Positions 11,370 to 21,585 are shown, numbered from the stretch's first letter. The stretch is DNA of 62,448 bases from Coriobacteriales bacterium (GCA_031268525.1 JAIRXA010000042.1:1-62448), one strand, 5' to 3'. Numbers and translations: made by a program. Notes: a model not told the origin generated them from the sequence alone.

Positions 11370-12395
11370 TCAATAGACGATGGTGACCTTCTGAGATTCG
11401 GCAGGATTATTGGCCATCTTGAAAGCCTCAAGTATGTCATCCTGTTTGAACTGGTGTGATATAAGTGGAGCAAGATCGTATTTGTTTGATTTCATCATTT
11501 CAAGAACGTCAGGGGCAACATCTTCATAGCGACCATCGCCACATCCGCAGATACAGAGATCGTTATAGCAAACCTTTATGAGATCGAGTGTCTTTGGATG
11601 ATGGTGAACTCCTACGATCGATAAAACTGCACATCTTGATGCAAGTTCCATAAAGTAATCAACACCTACATCAACTGTCAGAGCATCTACATATAAATCT
11701 GCGCCACAGCCTTCGCCCATAAATTTCCGCTTCGTCCCAAACTCAGACTTAGCCCTTTCTGCAAGATCCTCGTTTTGAGGATTACAGACAAGGAAGCCAA
11801 AACTCTCTGCATTTTTCAGGCGATAATCAGAGATATCAACGACCATAACCCTATCGCAGCCATACCAATCCAGCATGATGGCAGAAGACATTCCAATAAT
11901 GCCTGCACCGAAAACTATGCCGGTTTTGCCCGGACCGGGATTCGTCCGTCTGGCCCCCTTTGTGCCGATGACAAAAGGTTCGAGAAGTACAGAAGAAAGG
12001 AGCGGTATATCCCTGTCGATCTTGATGGCGCTGAAATTAATCTCGAAATCTGGGATATGGACATATTCGGAAAAGCCACCGACGGTTGCTGTACGCATAT
12101 AGTCACGCTTGGCATTGCCCATATTGGGGAATACATGGTCCCCGATCTCGATATCCTTGACGTTCTTTCCAACCTCGATGACTTCACTTGTCATTTCATG
12201 CCCGAATTCAGAACCCTCCCAAATCATGTTGGCGTCGCCACCTAGATTGAAGGCAGCAAGATCGCCACCGCAAATTCCAGCTATTCTATTTTTCACAATT
12301 ACATCATTATCGCCGCATTGTGGATAAGGCAACTCCTCAATATCGATTTTCCCAATCCCTTTGTAGATTGCAGCTTTGTAGGTTTTTTGCGTCAT
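11370..12395 (-). CDS. Zinc-type medium-chain dehydrogenase/reductase (MDR family)
   Basis: GICGGDL (catalytic Cys), FGHE, a GDHV motif, and a GAGIIG Rossmann motif. No structural-zinc Cys cluster is visible. Confidence 0.85.
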   Translation of the reverse strand: MTQKTYKAAIYKGIGKIDIEELPYPQCGDNDVIVKNRIAGICGGDLAAFNLGGDANMIWEGSEFGHEMTSEVIEVGKNVKDIEIGDHVFPNMGNAKRDYMRTATVGGFSEYVHIPDFEINFSAIKIDRDIPLLSSVLLEPFVIGTKGARRTNPGPGKTGIVFGAGIIGMSSAIMLDWYGCDRVMVVDISDYRLKNAESFGFLVCNPQNEDLAERAKSEFGTKRKFMGEGCGADLYVDALTVDVGVDYFMELASRCAVLSIVGVHHHPKTLDLIKVCYNDLCICGCGDGRYEDVAPDVLEMMKSNKYDLAPLISHQFKQDDILEAFKMANNPAESQKVTIVY

Positions 12396-12438
12396 AGTCT
12401 ATTCTCCTTCATGCCTGTACCTGGAATCTGATATGTAT

Positions 12439-12498
12439 TTTGACCATCAAGCTGGCTGAAGAAATGCTCTATGGAACCAAGCCAGCTTGATGGTCAAA
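12439..12498. repeat. 19-bp perfect inverted repeat with a 22-nt loop, between the GcvT-like gene and the MDR gene
   Basis: Arms are tttgaccatcaagctggct (12439-12457) and agccagcttgatggtcaaa (12480-12498). No U-tract on either strand. Confidence 0.85.
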
Positions 12499-12525
12499 TA
12501 GTGCGTCAGTGACTGAATTGCAGAA

Positions 12526-13584
12526 TCATGCGAAAACTCTTTCGGTCAAAGTTCCTGAATATCCGTTAATGACAATGCGATCGCCGATCTTTGCCTTATC
12601 GGCATCGACAAGGGCAAAGCCGATGCTTCGTTCGGAGATGTAGCCATAGGTAAACTTTGTTACACGACCCACCTCTTCGCCACCCATCAATACCGGATGC
12701 CCCGAGCCGCCCCTGTCTTTGGGATGAATATGGACATCGTCCTCGTCTGTGATAAAGCCCAACAGAGTACGCTTTGGCCCTTCTTCTTTGATTTTCAACA
12801 AGGCTTCCTTACCGATAAAATCTTTATTCCAATCGACCCCATCAGCCAGACCAACCTCAAAGGGGTTTGCCCACTGGATATCGGCCATCAGATAGAAGCC
12901 CTTCTCCGTCGGAAGGCTTAAGGCCATAATCTGGAATTCCTGCACTTCGACAGCGCCGAAGTCCTTGCCAGTTTCAGCAAGCTTGGCTTCAATGGTTTCG
13001 CAGAACGCGGGAGAAACATAGATCTCATAGCCCACTTTCTCGCCGGTAAATCCACCCCTGTTGATTTTCACGGGGATGTCATCGATCTTGTTGTCAAGAA
13101 TCTGGAAGAATTTCTGATCATCAATATTCTTTTCAACAAGTGCATTAACCAAGTCTTTTGATTTGGGGCCCTGTACGGCATACATATCCCATTGGTCGGT
13201 GATGATTTCATAGGTAACATCATAGTCGCCCTTATGAGTATCAAGCCATCTCGTTAATTTGACAGCATACAGCGTTGAGACCCAGAATTTGTTTTCTTCG
13301 AGGCGAAATACAACCACATCATCAAGAATCTGAGCCTGCTCATTGAGCATGGTGGTGTATCTGGCACGGCTGACTTCCAAATTGGAAATGGGCTTCAGGT
13401 AAATCAAATCCAGGAAGGCGGCCGCATCCTTGCCGGTAACTTCGACCAGATGATGCGTGAAATAATACCAGCCCACGGTATTTCTTACCGCCTCATGCTC
13501 CCTACGCTTCCAATCATCGTATTTGTATACGTTTTTAAAGATTTTCATCTCATCGAATCTATAAGCGTCTTCGTTTTTAAACAT
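12526..13584 (-). CDS. Aminomethyltransferase (GcvT) family folate-binding protein
   Basis: 352 aa with GcvT-like architecture: VGWYYFTHHLVEVTGKDAAAFLD, YAVQGPKS, INRGGFTGEKVGYEIYV, and a C-terminal barrel GRVTKFTYGYISERSIGFALVD. Confidence 0.8.
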   Translation of the reverse strand: MFKNEDAYRFDEMKIFKNVYKYDDWKRREHEAVRNTVGWYYFTHHLVEVTGKDAAAFLDLIYLKPISNLEVSRARYTTMLNEQAQILDDVVVFRLEENKFWVSTLYAVKLTRWLDTHKGDYDVTYEIITDQWDMYAVQGPKSKDLVNALVEKNIDDQKFFQILDNKIDDIPVKINRGGFTGEKVGYEIYVSPAFCETIEAKLAETGKDFGAVEVQEFQIMALSLPTEKGFYLMADIQWANPFEVGLADGVDWNKDFIGKEALLKIKEEGPKRTLLGFITDEDDVHIHPKDRGGSGHPVLMGGEEVGRVTKFTYGYISERSIGFALVDADKAKIGDRIVINGYSGTLTERVFA

Positions 13585-13635
13585 GCTCGGTACACCCTTT
13601 CATCTAATAGAACTGTCTCTGAACAAGAGACAATA

Positions 13636-14961
13636 TTAGAGACAGAATTTGTCGACCTTCTTTGCGATCTTAATGCGGAACTTACCCTCGGGGACATCTT
13701 CTGTTTCTTCCCAGAGAGACCACGCGGAACCAATCAAAGTTTTGCTCATGCCATACCACATCGGAATGTAAGCATCCTTCATAAACGCCATGCCATTCTC
13801 GAATCTCTTGATATCAATGTCGTAGATGACATCGTCTTTGTTAAAGGCGACGATGTCGTACTGGTTCTTCCTGGCTTGCAGATAAACCTCTATGTAGGCG
13901 CCCAAAACACGACCGTCATTGACATCATTGGGAACGCCCAGCCAATCGCGAAGGCCCTTGACCGCATAGGCGTCAAGGAACATCATCTTTCCAACACCTC
14001 GAAACATCAACTCAAAGAGGGCGCTTACCTCTTCACGGGTGACTTCGCCTTTTTTAATCATGTCCTGAAGTGCGAACGTGACATAATCGCAGCCGAGGTT
14101 GCTTCCTGAGCTCACGTCATAGCCACCTCTGCCGCCACCTTCTCCGGCGGCGTTATACTCGGCACAGGTTCCTGTGCGATACTTGAACTCACAGTCTTCA
14201 CGAAACATCTGGAGGCCCCTATAATCGAGCTTTTCCTCCTCGGGGGTGTATTTAACGAGCTCCGGTGCAGCTAAAGGACCAAAGTTATCCCATTTTTCTC
14301 GTGGTGGCATGGGAAACTTGTCAGGGTTTTCGCCAATCATGCGACAATGTGGATCGCCACAACCTAAAGCCTCGACCATGGTCACGCGTAACTCTGGGCC
14401 GCGGTCCCTGCTGAATCTTTTCCATGAATCACCGAGCTTTTCCGTACCTGCCCAAGGAGAGGTATGGCAGATCTCTGTGCCTAAGATGTCCCAGGGGCAG
14501 GTATCCAATTCCTTTTCAAAGCGGAAAGAACCAAAGTCGTTGACGCGCCCAGCCATAAACAGACTCTCGTCACCATTATCGCCCGACATGGCCGTCGGAA
14601 AACAACCTCTCATGAAGGGAAAGACGTCCATGGTTACGGCTGTCGGTTTGCAAAAATTTCTGCCTTCAGGTTCAGGGGCGAACATTTTAATATAGAACTC
14701 ATCAGCAGTGTCACAGCAGCGGGTGACACGAGTTGCATAGTCAGGAATATAATGACGAAGTACCTCATAGAACACAGCGCCTACGCCCGCACGATGGCGA
14801 GCAATGAATACCATCGCATCATACAGAGAGATAAGTTTCTCCCAGGGAGTCTTTATAGCTGGATTATCGGGCAGATGACCTTTACCTATGTCGTTGGGTA
14901 AACGGGTGTCGATTGTATTACTCATAATGTCTAACAACTCCTTCCAGAATTTATCATTCAT
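13636..14961 (-). CDS. Hypothetical Cys-rich protein, 441 aa, no family recognised
   Basis: Long ORF 51 nt upstream of the GcvT-like gene on the same strand. It has about 19 Cys in clusters (TRCCDT, LGCGDPHCR, EDCEFKYRTGTCAEY) and a GEGGGRGGY tract. No TM helix or signal peptide is evident. Confidence 0.7.
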   Translation of the reverse strand: MNDKFWKELLDIMSNTIDTRLPNDIGKGHLPDNPAIKTPWEKLISLYDAMVFIARHRAGVGAVFYEVLRHYIPDYATRVTRCCDTADEFYIKMFAPEPEGRNFCKPTAVTMDVFPFMRGCFPTAMSGDNGDESLFMAGRVNDFGSFRFEKELDTCPWDILGTEICHTSPWAGTEKLGDSWKRFSRDRGPELRVTMVEALGCGDPHCRMIGENPDKFPMPPREKWDNFGPLAAPELVKYTPEEEKLDYRGLQMFREDCEFKYRTGTCAEYNAAGEGGGRGGYDVSSGSNLGCDYVTFALQDMIKKGEVTREEVSALFELMFRGVGKMMFLDAYAVKGLRDWLGVPNDVNDGRVLGAYIEVYLQARKNQYDIVAFNKDDVIYDIDIKRFENGMAFMKDAYIPMWYGMSKTLIGSAWSLWEETEDVPEGKFRIKIAKKVDKFCL

Positions 14962-15143
14962 TCAATGTGCTCTATCAGAACGTTGCTGCCTCTCTCCCTT
15001 CTCAAACCTATTCGTTTATTCAACCTGTTCCATAAGCATTTCTCTTTTTGCCTCCTCTCCTTCTGCTTATCGTGTTGATTCGAATTCAAGTTGATAGGAT
15101 TTTTTGATCCCACTCGCGGAAAGATTCACAACCTATGTTTTGT

Positions 15144-16568
15144 CTAGGCCTGCGGCTTTGATTTCACCAGGAACTGCCCCATGACCAAAGCTATGACAGC
15201 TATGGCAGTGGCAATGACGAGCGCTACGTTCATTCCCTGCGTAATGCCAAAACTGGCCATAATCAGTGTATAGACAGCCATGCCAATGCTTGAACCGAGA
15301 TTTTGTGCTGTCTGCACCAACGAATTGGCTTGAAATCGCAATTCAGGCTTGATTTGGATTTGCGGCGCAGTCGACGAGGTGACGTTTTGTTGTGCAGAAT
15401 ACAGACCCGCAATAAACATCAACACATAGACGATCGGGAGCGGCGTTTGAGGAGATAGGATGATTATGACCGCTATGGTTACCACGATTCTCACCAGGGT
15501 ACCCACGGTGATCAAACCACGAGCGCTGCCTTGGCGCACAATCAATTTCCCCAGAAATGGACTGATAAAAATGCCCGGCACGGCATAAATGGCTGTGCTG
15601 AACGCTGCGTAGAGACCGCCACCATCTAAAACACTGATAATATATGCAGGCATGAAAAATACCAGAGCATTGGCTGAAGTATTGATGAAGAAATTATAGA
15701 GGGCAAGAGCCACCGTATTACGATCTTTCAGCATTGCCAGGGGGATAAAGGCCTGTTCACGCTTTTTGGAAAAATCTACCAGCAGCATCACAAAACCAAC
15801 CATCGCCACCAAAATAAGTGCATGGGACAGAGGGCTTCCGAATGGAACGTAGGTAGTACCGAGCGATAATGTCATGACCAGTCCGAGCAATAACAAAGTG
15901 AGAGAAAATGCGCCAAGGGCATCAAATCCAACTTTCCCCTTAAGATGGGGAGCTGCCTGAGCCCGAGTGACCTTGACGCCGATCATGATGAAAAGTACTG
16001 CCAGCAGAAGCAGTGGCACACTGATGCGATACGCTACTCGCCAACCCAGAGTGTCGGTTATAAGTCCAATGATCGTTGGCCCAATAAACATACCTATGCT
16101 GGTCACGGTGCCAATAAAGCCAAGGTAGATTGCTGCCTGGCGTGCATTGTACATATCTCGGATCATAGAATACGCCACCACGAAAATGGAAGCGCTTACT
16201 GCTCCATAAAAGAAGTTGACAGCAATAATCACAAACATGTTTGGCGCAAAGGAAATAGCTGTAAAGATTGCAGCGCCCAGTGTTAATGAGCCGGCAAGAA
16301 GAGGGCGCTTCAGTGCTGGATTACCGGCACCCAGAAAACCGTAGATCGGCATGATGCAGATCGACATTGCACCACCAACGCTCGATACCAATGGGTAAAT
16401 ATCCATACCACCAATATCGAGTGCCGCCATGGGTAATAAGGTAAATGTGCCGGTTGAGATGAAGCGCGTAATCAAAGCTGCAAGGTATATACCAATAAGA
16501 GTGAGCCTCTTCTTCGAAGGGGAAGCCATCGCAAAGAGGTTAACCAGCTCTCTTTTCTGTGCATCCAT
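15144..16568 (-). CDS. MFS transporter (14-TM, DHA2-like), paralog 1
   Basis: 474 aa, hydrophobic throughout, with a GxLxDxxGWR-like motif (GLITDTLGWRVAY). Collinear with the two genes upstream. Confidence 0.85.
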   Translation of the reverse strand: MDAQKRELVNLFAMASPSKKRLTLIGIYLAALITRFISTGTFTLLPMAALDIGGMDIYPLVSSVGGAMSICIMPIYGFLGAGNPALKRPLLAGSLTLGAAIFTAISFAPNMFVIIAVNFFYGAVSASIFVVAYSMIRDMYNARQAAIYLGFIGTVTSIGMFIGPTIIGLITDTLGWRVAYRISVPLLLLAVLFIMIGVKVTRAQAAPHLKGKVGFDALGAFSLTLLLLGLVMTLSLGTTYVPFGSPLSHALILVAMVGFVMLLVDFSKKREQAFIPLAMLKDRNTVALALYNFFINTSANALVFFMPAYIISVLDGGGLYAAFSTAIYAVPGIFISPFLGKLIVRQGSARGLITVGTLVRIVVTIAVIIILSPQTPLPIVYVLMFIAGLYSAQQNVTSSTAPQIQIKPELRFQANSLVQTAQNLGSSIGMAVYTLIMASFGITQGMNVALVIATAIAVIALVMGQFLVKSKPQA

Positions 16569-16657
16569 GATATGCGCGCTTCTTTCCTGATAGATACGTT
16601 GCCACGATGGTTCAAGGTCCGGACAATTCTTTGATTGCCCATGTAGGGCTTCTTATC

Positions 16658-16692
16658 TTTCCCAGAGGCGCGTCAACGGCGCCTCTGGGAAA
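16658..16692 (-). other. 14-bp GC-rich hairpin just after the MFS paralog 2 stop
   Basis: tttcccagaggcgc / gcgcctctgggaaa with a 7-nt loop. The trailing U-tract is weak, so terminator function is uncertain. Confidence 0.5.
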
Positions 16693-16706
16693 TCCAGTCG
16701 TACCAA

Positions 16707-18182
16707 TCAGTGTTCTGTCTCTTTCGCAAGTGTTTCCGCCCTTGCTTTTATGTCTTCCTGCTCCTTCTCCTCGTTCCAATCAGGTTTCTTCATGATTATT
16801 CCGCAGATCATGAGTGCCACAGCTCCGGCAAGGGCCAGATAGAGCCCATAGGTCATGCCCTGTTCTTGCCCAAATGCTGTAATAATTGCGGTATACACAG
16901 GAATACTCAATACGCCACCGTAGGTCTGTCCGAGCTGGATGAGCGCATTGGATTGTTGCCGAACCTTAGGCTCGATCATGACCTGAGGTGCCGCGGTTGT
17001 AACAATGTTAGCCGCTGAAGCGTAAAGACCCGCAAGGAGCATCAGAAAATATACGACATAGATATTGGCGCCGGGAACAAGGACGAAAATGAAAACAATG
17101 GTAATAGCCACTCTCCAGGCTCCACTGAACCAGATAACGATAGGTTTAACCGTACCGGATTTTGCTACCCAACGACCAAATATCGGACCGAGGAAAAGGC
17201 CAACGACTGCATAGCACGACATCGCAATGCTTGAAGCACCGGCTCCAGTGCCAAGAACATAAATCAGGAACATGGGCAGGAAGAAGGAAAGGGCCATCGA
17301 AGAGAAGGGGCTGAAGAAGTTTGCTCCAAAGAGCGCAATGGTATTTCTGTTCTTGAACGCAGAAAGGGGAACTATGGCTGCATCTCTCTTTCTCCTGATG
17401 GTAATGATCAAAACAACCAGAGAGATGGCAGCAACCGCGAAAAGCAGATTATTGGCAAGAGTGCCAAATTTTATATAGTTGCCGCCGAGAGAGAGGGCGA
17501 CTATCAGGCTGGCGAGTAAAAAGCTCAGCGAAAGCGCCCCTATGAGATCGAACTTTCCCTGCACATACGATATCAATTTTCCTTCTTCTTTGGTAATGCG
17601 AGCACCAAAGAAGACTATGATGGCAGCGATGAGGAAGATTGTCGCCTGAAATCCTGTAACAAAGCGCCAGCTCGCCAGCTCAATCAAGCCACCCGTTAAA
17701 ACCGGACCTACCAACGAACCAACCGCAAGCATGGTTGCGAGAAAGCCCAGGTAAATTCCCGCTTGCTTTTGACTGAAGCAGTCTCTGATTATGGTATAGC
17801 CAAAGGTATACAGTGCAGCTGACGCGAAGCCAATCAAGACTGACGGAATAATAAAAGCCAACATATTCGGAGCAAGCGTACGACCCAGCAAGGCTACGAC
17901 ACCCAAGAGAAAGCCCACGACAAAGCCTGTTCGCTTAAGCGTAGGAAATTTTGCCCCGAGAAAGCCAAAGAGCGGCATTGTGGCAACGCTGATAGGGCCA
18001 ATCACTGATGCGGCAAGGGAGTAGATGTCTTCTCCGCCTATATCCTGTGCCGCCATCGGCAGAAGTATTGAGTTGCCCATTGCTATTGTGATGGATCCGA
18101 ACATTCCGATATAAACGCCAATTACCGTCAGCATTTTTCGTACTTGAGTATTATTTCGATAGGGATTTACCACGTCCATCAT
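16707..18182 (-). CDS. MFS transporter, paralog 2
   Basis: Very similar along its length to paralog 3, for example ITKEEGKLISYVQGKFDLIGAL and the tail MKKPDWNEEKEQ. Start trimmed to ATG 18180-18182, preceded by ggaga and matching paralog 3's MDAVNPY start. Confidence 0.85.
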   Translation of the reverse strand: MMDVVNPYRNNTQVRKMLTVIGVYIGMFGSITIAMGNSILLPMAAQDIGGEDIYSLAASVIGPISVATMPLFGFLGAKFPTLKRTGFVVGFLLGVVALLGRTLAPNMLAFIIPSVLIGFASAALYTFGYTIIRDCFSQKQAGIYLGFLATMLAVGSLVGPVLTGGLIELASWRFVTGFQATIFLIAAIIVFFGARITKEEGKLISYVQGKFDLIGALSLSFLLASLIVALSLGGNYIKFGTLANNLLFAVAAISLVVLIITIRRKRDAAIVPLSAFKNRNTIALFGANFFSPFSSMALSFFLPMFLIYVLGTGAGASSIAMSCYAVVGLFLGPIFGRWVAKSGTVKPIVIWFSGAWRVAITIVFIFVLVPGANIYVVYFLMLLAGLYASAANIVTTAAPQVMIEPKVRQQSNALIQLGQTYGGVLSIPVYTAIITAFGQEQGMTYGLYLALAGAVALMICGIIMKKPDWNEEKEQEDIKARAETLAKETEH

Positions 18183-18306
18183 TCTGTCTCCAAACCGTTT
18201 CTCGTTTCCGCAAGGTACGAAGAATGGCTGGACAGCGAGCTGCCGCCACTCTTCGTCATATTCTGTCTTTGCCAAAGACACCAAAAAACACGCTTCTGGG
18301 AATTAA

Positions 18307-19791
18307 TCACACCGAACTGTCGTTGTCCGTCTCTTTCGCAAGTGTGGCCGCTCTTGCCTGTATCGCTGCCTGTTCCTTTTCTTCATTCCAATCGGGTTTC
18401 TTCATGAAGAAACCCAGGATCATGAGCACGATTGCGCCCGTAAGAGCTATACAGAGACCGTAGGTCATGCCTTGTTCCAGACCAAATACCCCGATGATGG
18501 CTGTGTAGGTTGCAATACCCAATACGCCACCAAAGTTCTGCGTGAGCTGAATGAGTGCATTGGATTGTTGCCGAATGCTCGGTTCAATCATAATCTGAGG
18601 CGCTGTGGCAGAAGTAATGTTGTTTGCATTGGCATACATGCCCCCCAAAAACATCAGGGCATAGATGACATAGAGATTCGCTCCGGGAACAAGTACGAAG
18701 ATGAAAGCAATGGTAATGACTACTCTCCAGGCTCCACTGAACCAGATGACGATGGGCTTTGCCGTACCAACTCTTGCTACCCAACGACCAAATATGGGAC
18801 CGAGGAAAAGACCGAGGATTGCATAGCACGAAACCGCAATGCTCGAAGCACCGGCTCCAACACCGAGAATATAAATGAGAAACATGGGCAAGAAGAAGGA
18901 GAGTGCCATTGAATCGAAGGGACCGAGAAAGTTTGCTGCAGCAAGTGCAATGGTATTTCGACTCTTAAACGCAGAACGAGGCACTATGGCGGCGTCACCT
19001 TTCTTTCTGATGACAAAGATTAAAACAATTAAAGCGATCAATGCGGCAGCCAGGAGAAGTATGTTAAAAGGAGTACCGAATTTTATGTAGTTGCCACCAA
19101 GAGATAAGGCAACTATCAGGCCGCCGAGTAAAACGATAATCGCCAAGGCTCCTGCAAGGTCGAACTTCCCCTGTACATACGATATCAGTTTCCCCTCTTC
19201 CCTGGTGATGCGAGCACCGAAGAAGACTATGATGGCAGAAATAATGAAGAGTGTTGCCTGAAACGCTGGGACAGATCGCCAGCCAAACAACTCAATGAAA
19301 CCACCCGTTAAAACCGGACCTATCAACGAACCAACTGAGAACATCGATGCTACAAGTCCCAGATAAAACCCCGCCTGTTTTTGGCTGAAGCAATCTCTGA
19401 CCATTGAGTAACCAAATGTATAGAGCGCTCCTGATTCGATGCCAAGTAAGGCCGATGGAATGATAAAGGCGACCATATTCGGAGCAATGATTCGGCATAT
19501 CAGGGCTACAGCGCCCAATAGGAAGGCCGTACAAAAACCAATGCGCTTGATGTGGGGGAATTTTGCTCCGACATAGCCAAAAAGAGGCATTGCTACCACG
19601 CTCAAAATGCCACCTATTGTCGCAGCCAATGAGTAGATTTCTTCCCCTCCTATATCCTGCGCCGCTACCGGAAGCAGTATTGAGTTACCCATGGCAATCG
19701 TAATGGCGGAGACCATACCAACATAGATGCCGACGACTGTCAGCATCTTTCGCGCTTGAGAATTCTTCTGGTAGGGATTCACTGCGTCCAT
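18307..19791 (-). CDS. MFS transporter, paralog 3
   Basis: Start set to MDAVNPYQKNSQARKMLTV, with ggaga before ATG 19789-19791. ITREEGKLISYVQGKFDLAGAL and the tail MKKPDWNEEKEQ mirror paralog 2. Confidence 0.85.
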   Translation of the reverse strand: MDAVNPYQKNSQARKMLTVVGIYVGMVSAITIAMGNSILLPVAAQDIGGEEIYSLAATIGGILSVVAMPLFGYVGAKFPHIKRIGFCTAFLLGAVALICRIIAPNMVAFIIPSALLGIESGALYTFGYSMVRDCFSQKQAGFYLGLVASMFSVGSLIGPVLTGGFIELFGWRSVPAFQATLFIISAIIVFFGARITREEGKLISYVQGKFDLAGALAIIVLLGGLIVALSLGGNYIKFGTPFNILLLAAALIALIVLIFVIRKKGDAAIVPRSAFKSRNTIALAAANFLGPFDSMALSFFLPMFLIYILGVGAGASSIAVSCYAILGLFLGPIFGRWVARVGTAKPIVIWFSGAWRVVITIAFIFVLVPGANLYVIYALMFLGGMYANANNITSATAPQIMIEPSIRQQSNALIQLTQNFGGVLGIATYTAIIGVFGLEQGMTYGLCIALTGAIVLMILGFFMKKPDWNEEKEQAAIQARAATLAKETDNDSSV

Positions 19792-20577
19792 TATTCCGTC
19801 TCCAATCCTTTCTTGCTCGTATGTGGGCATGCATTGCAGCTCTCTGTCTTTTTATTGACTGGTTTGAACAGAGCAGCGACTGGCTAACGTATGTAACTCA
19901 TCGTTTCATATTCAGCTATCAAGGTGCACCTATAAAACTTCTTGAAATACCCCTTGACTTCCATGGTTGGGTCGCTCGAAGCCCTCTTATTCATATTCCT
20001 CTCAGTGATATCTACCCTCTCAATTGTCAGGTCAATCTCTCCTGCTTCTCTGGGAAACAGGATGGTAACCATTTGAAAACCATCTGTTATTCTTATTCAA
20101 AAATGCAGCATTTGATATACGGCAAACTGTTTCCCAAAAGCCCTGAATTGGTGCACACTTTATAACCTGAGCCCGCAGATGGGCAAAGCGGTTTATGCCT
20201 TTCTACCAGCACAAATAGCTCTTGTGATGTCTCCAGGATAATCTTTGCAGCGAAACGGCTTTTACGGGGAGGTGCCTTCCTGGGCATTACTTCCCTCTTC
20301 AAGCCACTCGGTTGAGGCGATGAGGCCGATCAGTTGTGTGCGTCCCGCCACCAAGTCCATCAATACCCTCTCAATACCACGCATGCTCGAAACAGGGGCA
20401 GCGACAGGCGGGAAACAAAATGTGCACCAAAACACACAGGTAAAGCAACAGCTTGCTGTCTAGGGAAAGGCACGTATTGAGGAGATAATGGAAGTACCTT
20501 GTGGCTGGGTATTTCTCGTACCCACCCCTGAAGGAGCAGGATGAAAGGTAGATTCTTTTCGAGAGGAGAAGCATTTC

Positions 20578-21585
20578 ATGCGAGCAGCCATTTATCATGA
20601 TATACAGGATGTTTCTATTGAAGAGATACCGGATCTTCGCTGTGGAGCCAGGGACGTTCTGGTCAGGAATGTCCGGGCAGGCATCTGCGGCTCTGATGTT
20701 ACCGGCTATTTTAAGGGTGGTAAATATGCCGGAATTTATGAGGATAGACAGTTTGGCCACGAAAATGCGGGTCGTATAGTTGAAGTCGGAAAAGATGTTG
20801 AAGGATTCGGCGTTGGAGATAAGGTCTTTGTCAATCCCAATAGAGCCATTGCGCCAGGCGAGGGAGATATGCTTGGCGCTTTTTCTGAATATATTCTCGT
20901 GCCGAACGCAGAGGCCAATTACAACATATTTCTACTCCCTGAAAACATGAGTTACGATGTCGCTGTTTTGATTGAGCCTTTTTCTGTTGGCATACATGGA
21001 TATAATGTTGCAGGCGTGAAGCCAGATGACCATGTCGTCGTTTATGGGGTTGGAACGATCGGCATCAGCAGTATCTGTGGCCTCCTTGCCAAAGGCATCA
21101 AACCGGTCGCGATGGTAAGAAGCAATGCCAAAAGAGAGTTTCTTGAGCGAGCGGGAGCCATCGTGTGCAATATCAATGAAGTAGACCGGTTTGAATTTTT
21201 GAGAGAAACATTCGGAACAACACTTCATAGAAATCGCTATCCTGCAATCGATGTCGATCTTGTCATTGACGCTGCAGGCGGTCCTGAAATCGTTGCGGAT
21301 TTCCTTCAAATGTGTAAGCCGAAATCAAAGTTGTCAGTTCTTGCTGTCGTTTTTGAGCCATTTCCTGTACCGATGGCCCGTCTTATGAGTTCAGAAACGA
21401 TAATCATGGGATCCTGTGGTTTTAACGAGGAAGATGTCCTTGAGGCCATCGATAATTTGACTTCAGGCAAGACGCTGATGCCTGGGATCATTACAAGCCA
21501 CTACAAACTCGATCAGATCAATGAGGCGATCGTAATGGCACAAAACCGTGAAAAATCAATTAAAGTTCTTATTGATATGGAGTAG
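20578..21585 (+). CDS. Zinc-type medium-chain dehydrogenase/reductase (MDR family), second copy
   Basis: GICGSDV, FGHENAG, GDKVFVNP and a GVGTIG Rossmann motif. Same subfamily look as 11370-12395. Confidence 0.85.
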   Translation: MRAAIYHDIQDVSIEEIPDLRCGARDVLVRNVRAGICGSDVTGYFKGGKYAGIYEDRQFGHENAGRIVEVGKDVEGFGVGDKVFVNPNRAIAPGEGDMLGAFSEYILVPNAEANYNIFLLPENMSYDVAVLIEPFSVGIHGYNVAGVKPDDHVVVYGVGTIGISSICGLLAKGIKPVAMVRSNAKREFLERAGAIVCNINEVDRFEFLRETFGTTLHRNRYPAIDVDLVIDAAGGPEIVADFLQMCKPKSKLSVLAVVFEPFPVPMARLMSSETIIMGSCGFNEEDVLEAIDNLTSGKTLMPGIITSHYKLDQINEAIVMAQNREKSIKVLIDME

